DNA of 64,000 nt from Mariprofundaceae bacterium (GTDB lineage Bacteria > Pseudomonadota > Zetaproteobacteria > Mariprofundales > Mariprofundaceae): assembly GCA_032251395.1 (NCBI GenBank), contig JAVVEJ010000007.1:3662-67661 (forward strand), in the 5' to 3' direction. The notes under the pieces are model-generated. The model had not been told where the DNA came from. It did no database searches and worked only from the letters and a program-made list of their open reading frames with translations. Position 1 is the first letter of the stretch. Each line of letters starts with the position of its first letter. Positions 27,094 to 34,788 of the stretch are shown here, piece after piece. Both the position numbers and the translations under genes were made by a program.

Positions 27094-27288
27094 ATGGCCA
27101 CATACGAATGTCCTGTTTGCGGCATGGGTGTCAATGCCACCTGCGCCAAATGCGATGCACCACTGGTGCATGGAACGCTTAAGCTGGATGATGGTAGTGA
27201 AGTTCAGATTTCCGAATGCCCCAACGGTCACGGTAAAATCAAATCGCCCATATGCTGTGGCAGGGACATGGTCTGCTCGACCGGCTAA
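27094..27288 (+). CDS. 64-aa Cys/His-rich putative metal-binding protein
   Basis: AAGGAG SD at 27081..27086, 7 nt before the ATG. Sequence MATYECPVCGMGVNATCAKCDAPLVHGTLKLDDGSEVQISECPNGHGKIKSPICCGRDMVCSTG. It has CPxC plus CxxC knuckles and a CCGxDMV tail like the desulforedoxin motif. Confidence 0.55.
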   Translation: MATYECPVCGMGVNATCAKCDAPLVHGTLKLDDGSEVQISECPNGHGKIKSPICCGRDMVCSTG

Positions 27289-27303
27289 GGAAGGCCGCAA
27301 AGT

Positions 27304-27474
27304 TTCCCACACATGGATGTACCCCAGGGCACCTTCTCTTGCGCTCTGCGCAATTCACCTTGTGCGGCGGCGACAAATCGGCAGGAGAGTCGATTTGGAC
27401 GGCTGAAAGCCGCCCGCAGGGCGAAGGTCTGGATGGCCTGAGTCAATATCATGAGCTCGTAAGCGTAGGCGGAC
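27304..27474. repeat. right arm of long inverted repeat
   Basis: Reverse complement of 26761..26931 (see the left arm). Confidence 0.95.
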
Positions 27475-27575
27475 AAATCGGCAGGAGAGCTGATTTGGAC
27501 GGTCTTACCGCCCGGAGGGTGAGGGGCATGGATGACCCTTGGAAATCCCCGACGGGGGAGCCCCGAATCACACTT
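27472..27575. repeat. repeat unit pair with nested 26-bp insertion
   Basis: gacaaatcggcaggagagctgatttggacgg followed by ccgcccggagggtgaggggcatggatg[acccttggaaatccccgacgggggag]ccccgaatca. This is the same as 23774..23846 except for the bracketed 26 nt (27535..27560). Confidence 0.8.
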
Positions 27576-27586
27576 TTTGCGTATCA

Positions 27587-27997
27587 TTAGATAAAAGCCC
27601 ACGCGAGCACGGTATAGCGGGCGGCTTTACCGATGCTGACCAGCAACAGAAACAGACCGACATGGCTTCTCAGCAGGCCTGCCGCCAGACAGAGCGGATC
27701 GCCGACAACCGGTAGCCACGCGAGTAACAGGGAGGGCATGCCGTATCTGGCAAACCACACCTCAGCTCGTGCCACTTTCGCCTCGTCCATCCGCAGCCAC
27801 TTTTTGTGTACCGCTTCATTGCCAAGCCTGCCCATGCCGTAAGTGATCAGGCTGCCCAGCACATTTCCAACGGTCGCAATGATGACCAGTGACAGAGGGT
27901 CGTCGCCCTGATTCAGTTTAAGAAACAGTACTGCCTCCGAGCCACCGGGAAACAGCGTGGATGAGATCAGCGCAGAGAAAAACAGAGTCCAGTCCAT
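27587..27997 (-). CDS. YqaA/DedA-superfamily membrane protein
   Basis: 136 aa with 4 TM helices. FPGGSEA and LPVVGDPLCLAAG are typical of YqaA-like proteins. Confidence 0.7.
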   Translation of the reverse strand: MDWTLFFSALISSTLFPGGSEAVLFLKLNQGDDPLSLVIIATVGNVLGSLITYGMGRLGNEAVHKKWLRMDEAKVARAEVWFARYGMPSLLLAWLPVVGDPLCLAAGLLRSHVGLFLLLVSIGKAARYTVLAWAFI

Positions 27998-28015
27998 CTG
28001 CTATACTCTTCCCCA

Positions 28016-28471
28016 ATGTCTGTCGAAACGCATCTTTTTCGCTATGAATCCCCGCTTGGTCCTGTCGGGCTTGAGCTGACCGGTAATGTTTGCCATCGCA
28101 TAACGCTGGGAGCCATCCGTGCGCCCGAATGCTCGCCTGATCACCCGGTCGCACTCTGGCTGCGGGCCTATTTTATGGGCCAGATACTTCCGCTGCCGGA
28201 AATCGCGCCCCCGAAAACACCCTTCCAGCAGAAGCTGAGAGAGGGGCTGCTTAACATCCCGGCCGGTAAAACCTGCTCCTATGGTGAGCTGGCCAGACGT
28301 CTGCACAGCGGTGCACGGGCAGTCGGCCAGGCCCTGGGAGCCAACCCGTTACCCATCCTGATTCCATGCCACCGGGTGGTAGCAGCCAACGGCCCTGGTG
28401 GTTTTGCCTATGGAGAGGAGTGGAAACGCAAGCTGCTGACCTGGGAAGCATCGATACAGGCTGCCATTTGA
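28016..28471 (+). CDS. ogt: methylated-DNA--protein-cysteine methyltransferase
   Basis: 151 aa with the active site IPCHRVV and the helix-turn-helix SYGELA. Confidence 0.85.
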   Translation: MSVETHLFRYESPLGPVGLELTGNVCHRITLGAIRAPECSPDHPVALWLRAYFMGQILPLPEIAPPKTPFQQKLREGLLNIPAGKTCSYGELARRLHSGARAVGQALGANPLPILIPCHRVVAANGPGGFAYGEEWKRKLLTWEASIQAAI

Positions 28472-28654
28472 CGACTGCTGCGTTTCGACCCACGATAGTG
28501 ATCAGGGCAGGCATCAAATTTCTTTCCCCGTTTTTGCCCTTAATATCCGATATCATTGAATTCAGGGGCGTATACAGGAGAGAAATGCATAAAAAGCCAG
28601 GCGCACGTATTACCAAGTCAGGCGAATCAAACAAGGAATTCACAGGAGAAAACC

Positions 28655-28942
28655 ATGTCGAATGAAGGATACCACGAGCCCATTGGGGAGCTATCTGATG
28701 CAACACGGGATATGCATCGAGCGATCACTTCATTGATGGAGGAGTTAGAGGCAGTTGATTGGTATAATCAGCGAGTTGATGCGTGCAAGAACGATGAGTT
28801 AAGAGCAATACTTGCACACAATCGAGATGAAGAAAAAGAACATGCGGCCATGCTCCTGGAATGGATCAGAAGAAAAGATCCAGCCATGGATAAAGAGCTA
28901 AAAGACTATCTGTTTACCGAAAAACCAATTGCACATAAATAG
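28655..28942 (+). CDS. EncFtn-like (encapsulated-ferritin family) ferritin-like protein, no targeting tail
   Basis: 95 aa from the ATG at 28655 (SD AGGAGA). HEPIGELSDATRDMHRAITSLMEELEAVDWYNQRVDA...AHNRDEEKEHAAMLLEWIRR closely resembles EncFtn as I recall the Rhodospirillum rubrum protein. The E...ExxH ferroxidase ligands are present. Confidence 0.7.
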   Translation: MSNEGYHEPIGELSDATRDMHRAITSLMEELEAVDWYNQRVDACKNDELRAILAHNRDEEKEHAAMLLEWIRRKDPAMDKELKDYLFTEKPIAHK

Positions 28943-29034
28943 ACAGTGATTACATCAATCATCATCAATAGGATCAGACTCGATTGATCTCAGGTATTTC
29001 TTGTTGTCATCTCAAGTGCAAGTAGCCTCGCGGT

Positions 29035-30390
29035 ATGAGTGATTCCTCCACCCCTGCAACGCAACAGACAGTAACAATCATCGGTGCCGGACTGGCCGGC
29101 TCCGAGGCTGCATGGCAGCTGGCACAGCGCGGGATTCGCGTTCGCCTGCATGAGATGCGGCCGGTCAAAATGACCCCGGCTCACAACAGCGGCAACTGTG
29201 CGGAGCTGGTCTGCTCCAACACCTTCCGTGCCGATCATCTGGAGAATGCCGTGGGGCTGCTGCATGAAGAGATGCGGCGCATGGATTCACTGATTATGCG
29301 CTGCGGCGATGAGGCACGCATTCCGGCAGGCACGGCACTGGCGGTGGATCGTGAACAGTTCTCGCAGCTTGTCACTACGGCACTGAAAACCGAACCGCTG
29401 ATCGAGTTTATCGAGGGTGAAGTGACAGAAATCCCGAAAGATGGGCTGCTACTGATCGCCTCCGGGCCGCTAACATCCGATGCGCTCTATGCCGAAATCC
29501 AGCGGCTGACCGATGAGGAGCATTTGAGCTTCTTTGATGCCATCGCGCCGGTGATTGACGCTGAAAGCGTGAACATGGATATCTGCTACTGGAAAAACCG
29601 TTATGACAAAAATGTTGGAGAGGGCGAGGCGGGCGACTACCTGAACTGCCCGATGAACGAGACGCAGTACAAGGCCTTCATCAAAGAGCTGGTGGATGCG
29701 GAGAAGGTCGCCTTCAAGGGCTTTGAGGATATCCCCTTCTTTGAGGGGTGCATGCCGATTGAAGAGATGGCAGAGCGGGGCGAGGATACGCCGCGCTTCG
29801 GCCCGATGAAGCCTGTCGGCCTCGACCATCCGGAAACAGGTGAGCGCTTCTATGCCGTGGTACAGCTGCGGCGCGACAACCGCATGGGGTCGCTTCTGAA
29901 TATGGTCGGTTTCCAGACCAAGATGACCTATGGTGAGCAGAAGCGGGTGTTCAGCATGATTCCGGGGCTGGAAGATGCCGAATTTTTCCGGCTTGGTTCA
30001 CTGCACCGTAACACCTTCATCAAATCACCCGCACTGCTTGATGGCACATTGCGGCTGAAAAAAGAGCCGCGCATTCTGTTCGCCGGCCAGATCACCGGCG
30101 TGGAAGGCTATGTGGAGTCGGCCAGCATGGGGTTGATGGCCGGCCGGTTTCTGGCCGCGATGGCGATGGGTGAAGAGCCTGCTGCACCGCCACCTGATAC
30201 TGCGCATGGCGCACTGCTGGGGCATATCTCCGGCACGCGCATCGAGGATTTTCAGCCGATGAACATCAATTTCGGCTTGCTTCCGCCGGGTAAAAAGCGC
30301 GAGGGTAAACGCCGTTTTTCAAGAGCGGAGCGGCGACGCGCGGTTTCAGACCAGGCGCTGGAAACACTGCAAAAATGGCTGGAGGAGTGA
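29035..30390 (+). CDS. trmFO: methylenetetrahydrofolate--tRNA-(uracil-5)-methyltransferase
   Basis: 451 aa. FAD motif IIGAGLAGSEAA and overall Gid/TrmFO similarity (LFFAGQITGVEGYVES). Confidence 0.9.
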   Translation: MSDSSTPATQQTVTIIGAGLAGSEAAWQLAQRGIRVRLHEMRPVKMTPAHNSGNCAELVCSNTFRADHLENAVGLLHEEMRRMDSLIMRCGDEARIPAGTALAVDREQFSQLVTTALKTEPLIEFIEGEVTEIPKDGLLLIASGPLTSDALYAEIQRLTDEEHLSFFDAIAPVIDAESVNMDICYWKNRYDKNVGEGEAGDYLNCPMNETQYKAFIKELVDAEKVAFKGFEDIPFFEGCMPIEEMAERGEDTPRFGPMKPVGLDHPETGERFYAVVQLRRDNRMGSLLNMVGFQTKMTYGEQKRVFSMIPGLEDAEFFRLGSLHRNTFIKSPALLDGTLRLKKEPRILFAGQITGVEGYVESASMGLMAGRFLAAMAMGEEPAAPPPDTAHGALLGHISGTRIEDFQPMNINFGLLPPGKKREGKRRFSRAERRRAVSDQALETLQKWLEE

Positions 30391-30393
30391 GTG

Positions 30394-30606
30394 ATGGCCT
30401 ACAGAGAGTACAAAGTAATCGAAGTATCCGAAGGGGCGCTCGGCACCATCTTTCTCGGTGCATCAGGCATGCCGATCAAACAGATGGAGATTTCACTGAA
30501 CAAGGAGGCTGCCGACGGCTGGCAGATGGTCTTCCAGGTAATTGAGAAGAAACGACTCTGGCTCTTCTGGTCACGTGAAACCGTAATTATGACACTTGGC
30601 CGCTGA
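30394..30606 (+). CDS. DUF4177-like small protein
   Basis: 70 aa. MAYREYKVIEV...ADGWQMV is typical of DUF4177. It starts 3 nt after the trmFO stop. Confidence 0.5.
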   Translation: MAYREYKVIEVSEGALGTIFLGASGMPIKQMEISLNKEAADGWQMVFQVIEKKRLWLFWSRETVIMTLGR

Positions 30607-30609
30607 CCG

Positions 30610-30993
30610 ATGCTGAAACAGAGCGAGGTGGATGCCCGCGAAGAGGAGCTCAGACTTCTGGTTCGTGAACTGCCGGATGAGCAGCGTAAGGCATTTTATG
30701 AACGTGCCGAAAAGGCGCTGAAAGACCCGGATACCTTTGCCGTGCTGAACTATCTCTTTATTGCCGGGCTTCACCACTTCTATCTCGGACGCTGGCTCCG
30801 GGGGCTGATGAATCTTGCCGTCTTCAGCGCAGGCGTCTACCTGATCTATCTGGAGCAGTGGAAAAACGGCCTGATCATTATCGGCATCATTACCGTGCTC
30901 GAGCTCTATGCGCTGTTTCGCTCACAGATTATTGTTAAGCATTATAACAATAAAATCTCCGCAGCGATCCTTGATTCCATCGGAGCCCCGTAA
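30610..30993 (+). CDS. TM2 domain-containing membrane protein
   Basis: 127 aa. NYLFIAGLHHFYLGRWLRG is a TM2-domain signature, followed by two TM helices. Confidence 0.6.
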   Translation: MLKQSEVDAREEELRLLVRELPDEQRKAFYERAEKALKDPDTFAVLNYLFIAGLHHFYLGRWLRGLMNLAVFSAGVYLIYLEQWKNGLIIIGIITVLELYALFRSQIIVKHYNNKISAAILDSIGAP

Positions 30994-31003
30994 GCAGACT
31001 ATT

Positions 31004-31816
31004 ATGCGAACTATTGCTTCACTATTGATGGCCGCCTGCCTGCTCTGCTGCTCCGCGGCCAGTCAGGCAGGCGAGATCACCATCTCAAAAGAGGAAGCCA
31101 CCCGTATCGGAGAGCTGATCTTTTACAATGAGTGCGCCGGAGATGAGGCGCTGCTGACATCATGGAACCTGGGGGAGGGCTTTCCATCACTCGGTATCGG
31201 GCATTTCATCTGGTATCCGGCTGGCAGCAGCGGCCCCTATAAAGAGAGTTTTCCAGAGCTGATCCGGTTCATTGATACACACGGCGTTGATATTCCCGGC
31301 TGGCTGGAAGCGGCGATCGAGAAGGGTGCGCCCTGGCTTTCCCGCAATGACTTTCTGGCTGCGCAGGAGTCTCAACAGATGCAGGAGCTGCGGACCCTGC
31401 TGTCTGAAACCAGGCCCATACAGACAGAGTTCATGATCCGGCGTCTGCACCGCTCCCTGCCGCGGATGCTTGCTTCAGTTCCCCATGCTGAGCAGCAGCA
31501 TATCCAGCAACAGTTTGAAAGAGTCGCCGCAACCCCGATGGGTCACTATGCACTGGTGGATTATGTCAATTTCAAAGGTGAGGGGACACAATCTACGGAA
31601 CGCTATCAGGGTAAGGGGTGGGGCCTGCTGCAGGTGCTTCAGGGCATGCAGGGTCAGGAGGCCGGAGATGAAGCGCTGACTGAATTTGCAGATGCCGCAT
31701 TAGCAGCCCTGACTCAGCGCGTTAAGCTCGCACCTCCCGGGCGCAATGAAGAGCGCTGGCTAAGCGGCTGGACAACACGGATTAACACCTATCGCCCCGG
31801 TGCCTCCTCCCGCTAG
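31004..31816 (+). CDS. secreted hypothetical protein
   Basis: 270 aa from the ATG at 31004. Signal peptide MRTIASLLMAACLLCCSAASQA. No family recognised. Confidence 0.5.
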   Translation: MRTIASLLMAACLLCCSAASQAGEITISKEEATRIGELIFYNECAGDEALLTSWNLGEGFPSLGIGHFIWYPAGSSGPYKESFPELIRFIDTHGVDIPGWLEAAIEKGAPWLSRNDFLAAQESQQMQELRTLLSETRPIQTEFMIRRLHRSLPRMLASVPHAEQQHIQQQFERVAATPMGHYALVDYVNFKGEGTQSTERYQGKGWGLLQVLQGMQGQEAGDEALTEFADAALAALTQRVKLAPPGRNEERWLSGWTTRINTYRPGASSR

Positions 31817-32532
31817 GCGGCAGCCCCGCTGTTCCGGTCAAGCTTCAGCTTCTCTTTTGCCCATATCCGGGTAATGCGGCGGCGATCTTCCAGTGCGGCT
31901 GACTCCAGCTGTTTCAGGGCGTCAACCTGATCGCCAATCGTTCTCGGCAGCTGTGAAAGCATCAGTGAAACGACACTCTCTTTCACACTCCACTGCAGCT
32001 CATCTGCAACGGAGTGTATGATGGCTCTCATATCCTGATCCGATGATGGCGGCGCCATTGTTGCCTGCTCCATCATCCGCATCCGGCTGCTCAGTTCTGC
32101 CGGTGCAAGCGCATCATCCCCGCAACGCCAGGAGATCAGCAGCGAACGATTCATCTCCCGGGCCCGCTCAATCAGATGGAAAAGTGCCAGACCGCATGCC
32201 CTGGAGACCGGGCCGGCTGGCAGATCCACCATCCAGCAGGCAAATGGCTCCAGTTGCCTGAGCCAGCCTTCAACCAGCCGGACCGATGGCTCCTGACCAG
32301 CCCCAACGAGAACCAGTCCAGCGTGCGGATGTTCCTGCTTTAACGCATGCAGAAAGTGGGTCTTTCCCGCCACGCCATCGGAGTTCAGCCACAGCATGCC
32401 CCCCTGTACCAGCCAGAGTGCTATCCGGTTACAACCATGCTCTACACCGCTGTGGCGTATCCAGCTGCCATACGTGTAACTGACAGGGATATTAAAATTC
32501 AGCCGCTGCTGCTGCATCGTGCCGGAAGGCAT
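31813..32532 (-). CDS. DnaA-related regulatory protein, Hda/HdaA-like
   Basis: 239 aa. N-terminal QQRLNFNIP (similar to the clamp-binding QL[SP]L motif), a degenerate P-loop SDGVAGKTHFLHAL and AAA+ lid-like C-terminal helices. The pgsA-like/DUF2066 neighbourhood resembles that of hda in pseudomonads, from memory. Confidence 0.55.
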   Translation of the reverse strand: MPSGTMQQQRLNFNIPVSYTYGSWIRHSGVEHGCNRIALWLVQGGMLWLNSDGVAGKTHFLHALKQEHPHAGLVLVGAGQEPSVRLVEGWLRQLEPFACWMVDLPAGPVSRACGLALFHLIERAREMNRSLLISWRCGDDALAPAELSSRMRMMEQATMAPPSSDQDMRAIIHSVADELQWSVKESVVSLMLSQLPRTIGDQVDALKQLESAALEDRRRITRIWAKEKLKLDRNSGAAA

Positions 32533-32535
32533 GGA

Positions 32536-33087
32536 CTAGCGGCCCTCTTCCGTAACTGCTTTACGGGTCCAGACCAGCATGTAATGCAGGCCTGAGATAC
32601 AGGTAATTGCAAAGGTGGCCCAGACAACGGCCCCGATCCATACCTCTTCCAGCGGCGATGCCATATGCAGCAGCATGGTAACCACATAGACGATCTGCAT
32701 GAATGTTGTGGCCTTGGAGACCAGGCTCGGTTCCATCTTCAGGCTGCGCGTCACCATCTCATAAGCCATTGCACCTATAACAATAATCACATCGCGAAAG
32801 ATAACGGCCAGAAAGAGGAAAAGCGGGACTTCTCCGATAATAAACAGCGTAACGAACATACTGATCAGCATCAGTTTATCAGCCAGCGGATCGAGGTATG
32901 CACCCACTGTGGTGCGCTGGTTAAAATAGCGGGCTATGGCACCATCAAGCATATCCGTGACGCCTGCGGTAATCATCAGAATCAGTGCTACCACAGCCTC
33001 ATCACTCAGAATCGCATAAACAATAACAGGTGTAATAATAATCCGTGCCAGGGTAAGCGTATTCGGAATGTTCAGAATTTTGCGCAT
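32536..33087 (-). CDS. pgsA: CDP-alcohol phosphatidyltransferase (PgsA-like)
   Basis: 183 aa with the motif DMLDGAIAR...GAYLDPLADKL (D-x2-DG-x2-AR...G-x3-D-x3-D). Confidence 0.75.
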   Translation of the reverse strand: MRKILNIPNTLTLARIIITPVIVYAILSDEAVVALILMITAGVTDMLDGAIARYFNQRTTVGAYLDPLADKLMLISMFVTLFIIGEVPLFLFLAVIFRDVIIVIGAMAYEMVTRSLKMEPSLVSKATTFMQIVYVVTMLLHMASPLEEVWIGAVVWATFAITCISGLHYMLVWTRKAVTEEGR

Positions 33088-33093
33088 GGCCTG

Positions 33094-34035
33094 TCAGTGA
33101 ACCAGCCAGCCCTGCGGGGTGGGCGATACCTGCATGCCACGGCGCTGGAACCACTGCAGCAGCCATGCATCTTCATCTCCCTTCAGCCGCAGGCGATATT
33201 GCCGGCGTGATGCGCTCAGATAGGCGGGCAGGATGGACTCGACTTTTTCATGCTGCCGTAGCGCATCTTCAAGAGCCACCTGTTCGGGAAGTGCTGCCTG
33301 CTGTTCAATGGTAATCACAACTTCGATGCCGCCATGCCGCTGCTCATGCAGAGGTGGCATCACATCTGTCTGAACCGGGCCGCTAATATGGGCATCACGG
33401 GCAGTTAGCAGAATCTCCTCCATCCAGAGCTGCAGCCGGGGCAGAGGGTCTCCCGTTTCAATCCTGCGGGTTTCAGAAAACTCCGCCAGAGTGCTGTTGC
33501 CCCGGACCACCAGGTTCACCTGTGAGTTATCTATCCACTGCCAGGCGACAATCAATGTCGGGCCACTCTCACTCAGCAGGATGCCTCGCGCTTCGGCAAA
33601 ACTCCCGGCCTGCGCCCGAAGCAGTTCTGCTGTCTGAGGCATGCTGAAACCGTTCTGGTTGCTCATCTGAATCACCAGGTTAATACGGGGGGCCTCTTTC
33701 AGATATGGAATCTGTTGCTGATCAAGATATTGCCGGACTCTCGCCTCATTAAACGATACCTGCACACCATCGCTGCGGGGTAAAACACGCTGCAGAAACG
33801 GTGTTGCTTTCATGTTCTCCGACAGTGATCCCCTCGCCCTGCTATCAATAATTCGATCCCAGAGAAGTGGCAGCGCCAGCTCAATGGCCTCCTGAACGGA
33901 AGGAACCCTTCCCTCCGCATCCGCCTGAACTTCCACAACCATTCTTGCATCGGTTCCGGCATAGCTATAAGGCAGCAGAAAGAACAGGCTGAAGAGAGCA
34001 GCAGGCAGCCAGAGTTCATACCTGAATCTTTTCAT
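33094..34035 (-). CDS. periplasmic DUF2066-like protein
   Basis: 313 aa with an N-terminal signal/TM segment. The position between sspB and pgsA/hda resembles the DUF2066 context. This family call is from memory only. Confidence 0.45.
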   Translation of the reverse strand: MKRFRYELWLPAALFSLFFLLPYSYAGTDARMVVEVQADAEGRVPSVQEAIELALPLLWDRIIDSRARGSLSENMKATPFLQRVLPRSDGVQVSFNEARVRQYLDQQQIPYLKEAPRINLVIQMSNQNGFSMPQTAELLRAQAGSFAEARGILLSESGPTLIVAWQWIDNSQVNLVVRGNSTLAEFSETRRIETGDPLPRLQLWMEEILLTARDAHISGPVQTDVMPPLHEQRHGGIEVVITIEQQAALPEQVALEDALRQHEKVESILPAYLSASRRQYRLRLKGDEDAWLLQWFQRRGMQVSPTPQGWLVH

Positions 34036-34508
34036 TTCACCACACGAAGATGGCGGACTCTTTTCTCTTCCGGTTGTTCATCAGCTGCCGGGTCCGCCCG
34101 CTCTGCCGAAGCCTCGATGCCGGTTTCTGCATCAGGAGCATCCTGCTGCAGGCCGCGCACCGCACTGACAACAGCACGTATGGTCTCCGGCACATCCTCT
34201 TCCCAGATCATGCCCTGCTCCATGCCTCCTTCCGGAAGATAGGCAGCCCAAATCCGGTTCATTGGAATGCGGCATGTGTAGATCTGTCCGGAGAAGGAGA
34301 AGTCTGATTCCAGCGCATCTTCACGAATATGAATCGCTTGCGGCATACGCATATTCAACACCAGACGAAGCGCCGGATCGCCTTTAAGAGATCCGGGGAC
34401 GACCACTTCATCGCCTGTTGCATCAACAACAATATAGATGCGTCCATGCTGCTGAAAAAACTCTTTCAGCTTTTTTGCTTTTGCAGCATTTACAAAGCTC
34501 AGGCTCAT
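34032..34508 (-). CDS. sspB: ClpXP adaptor SspB
   Basis: 158 aa with an AGGAGG SD. An acidic linker and a C-terminal LRVVK, identical to the ClpX-binding XB motif at the E. coli SspB C-terminus. Confidence 0.75.
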   Translation of the reverse strand: MSLSFVNAAKAKKLKEFFQQHGRIYIVVDATGDEVVVPGSLKGDPALRLVLNMRMPQAIHIREDALESDFSFSGQIYTCRIPMNRIWAAYLPEGGMEQGMIWEEDVPETIRAVVSAVRGLQQDAPDAETGIEASAERADPAADEQPEEKRVRHLRVVK

Positions 34509-34711
34509 CTGTCCTCCTTTGCCCTTAACTGCGGGCCGCCGCTTTCACGATGCTCTGAAAAAAATCCAGAGTCTCCGCATGGCCCATGGGCGGGTCTCCA
34601 GAAGCATGCGCATAAGTGTTCTTTTTTGTGCCGCTAAGGAGATGCTGATTTATTGCCATCCTGGCAAAAATCAGGACACGAAAGAAAAAAACGTGGTTTT
34701 CCTTTCGCTTA

Positions 34712-34788
34712 CAAATCGGTCACTTACGTTCCCGATTTGGCAACCCGTCCATGGGTTGCGCGGAAGCACTGAATTAATCAGCGCTTCC
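34712..34788. repeat. hairpin cluster abutting the DAHP synthase stop codon (block R6)
   Basis: Three consecutive hairpins: caaatcgg/ccgatttg (34712..34739), caaccc-gtccat-gggttg (34741..34758) and ggaagc...gcttcc (34762..34788). They use the same stem themes as the other blocks. Confidence 0.55.

Noticed and set aside
28541-28563. taatatccgatatcattgaattc, a possible Fur box upstream of the EncFtn-like gene
   Set aside because: A hand alignment to GATAATGATAATCATTATC needs an indel and matches only about half the positions, which is too weak to call.
30568-30583. ctggtcacgtgaaacc, a possible third parS
   Set aside because: Only the right half-site (CACGTGAAAC) matches. The left half has four mismatches to TGTTTCACGTGAAACA, and the site lies inside a coding region.
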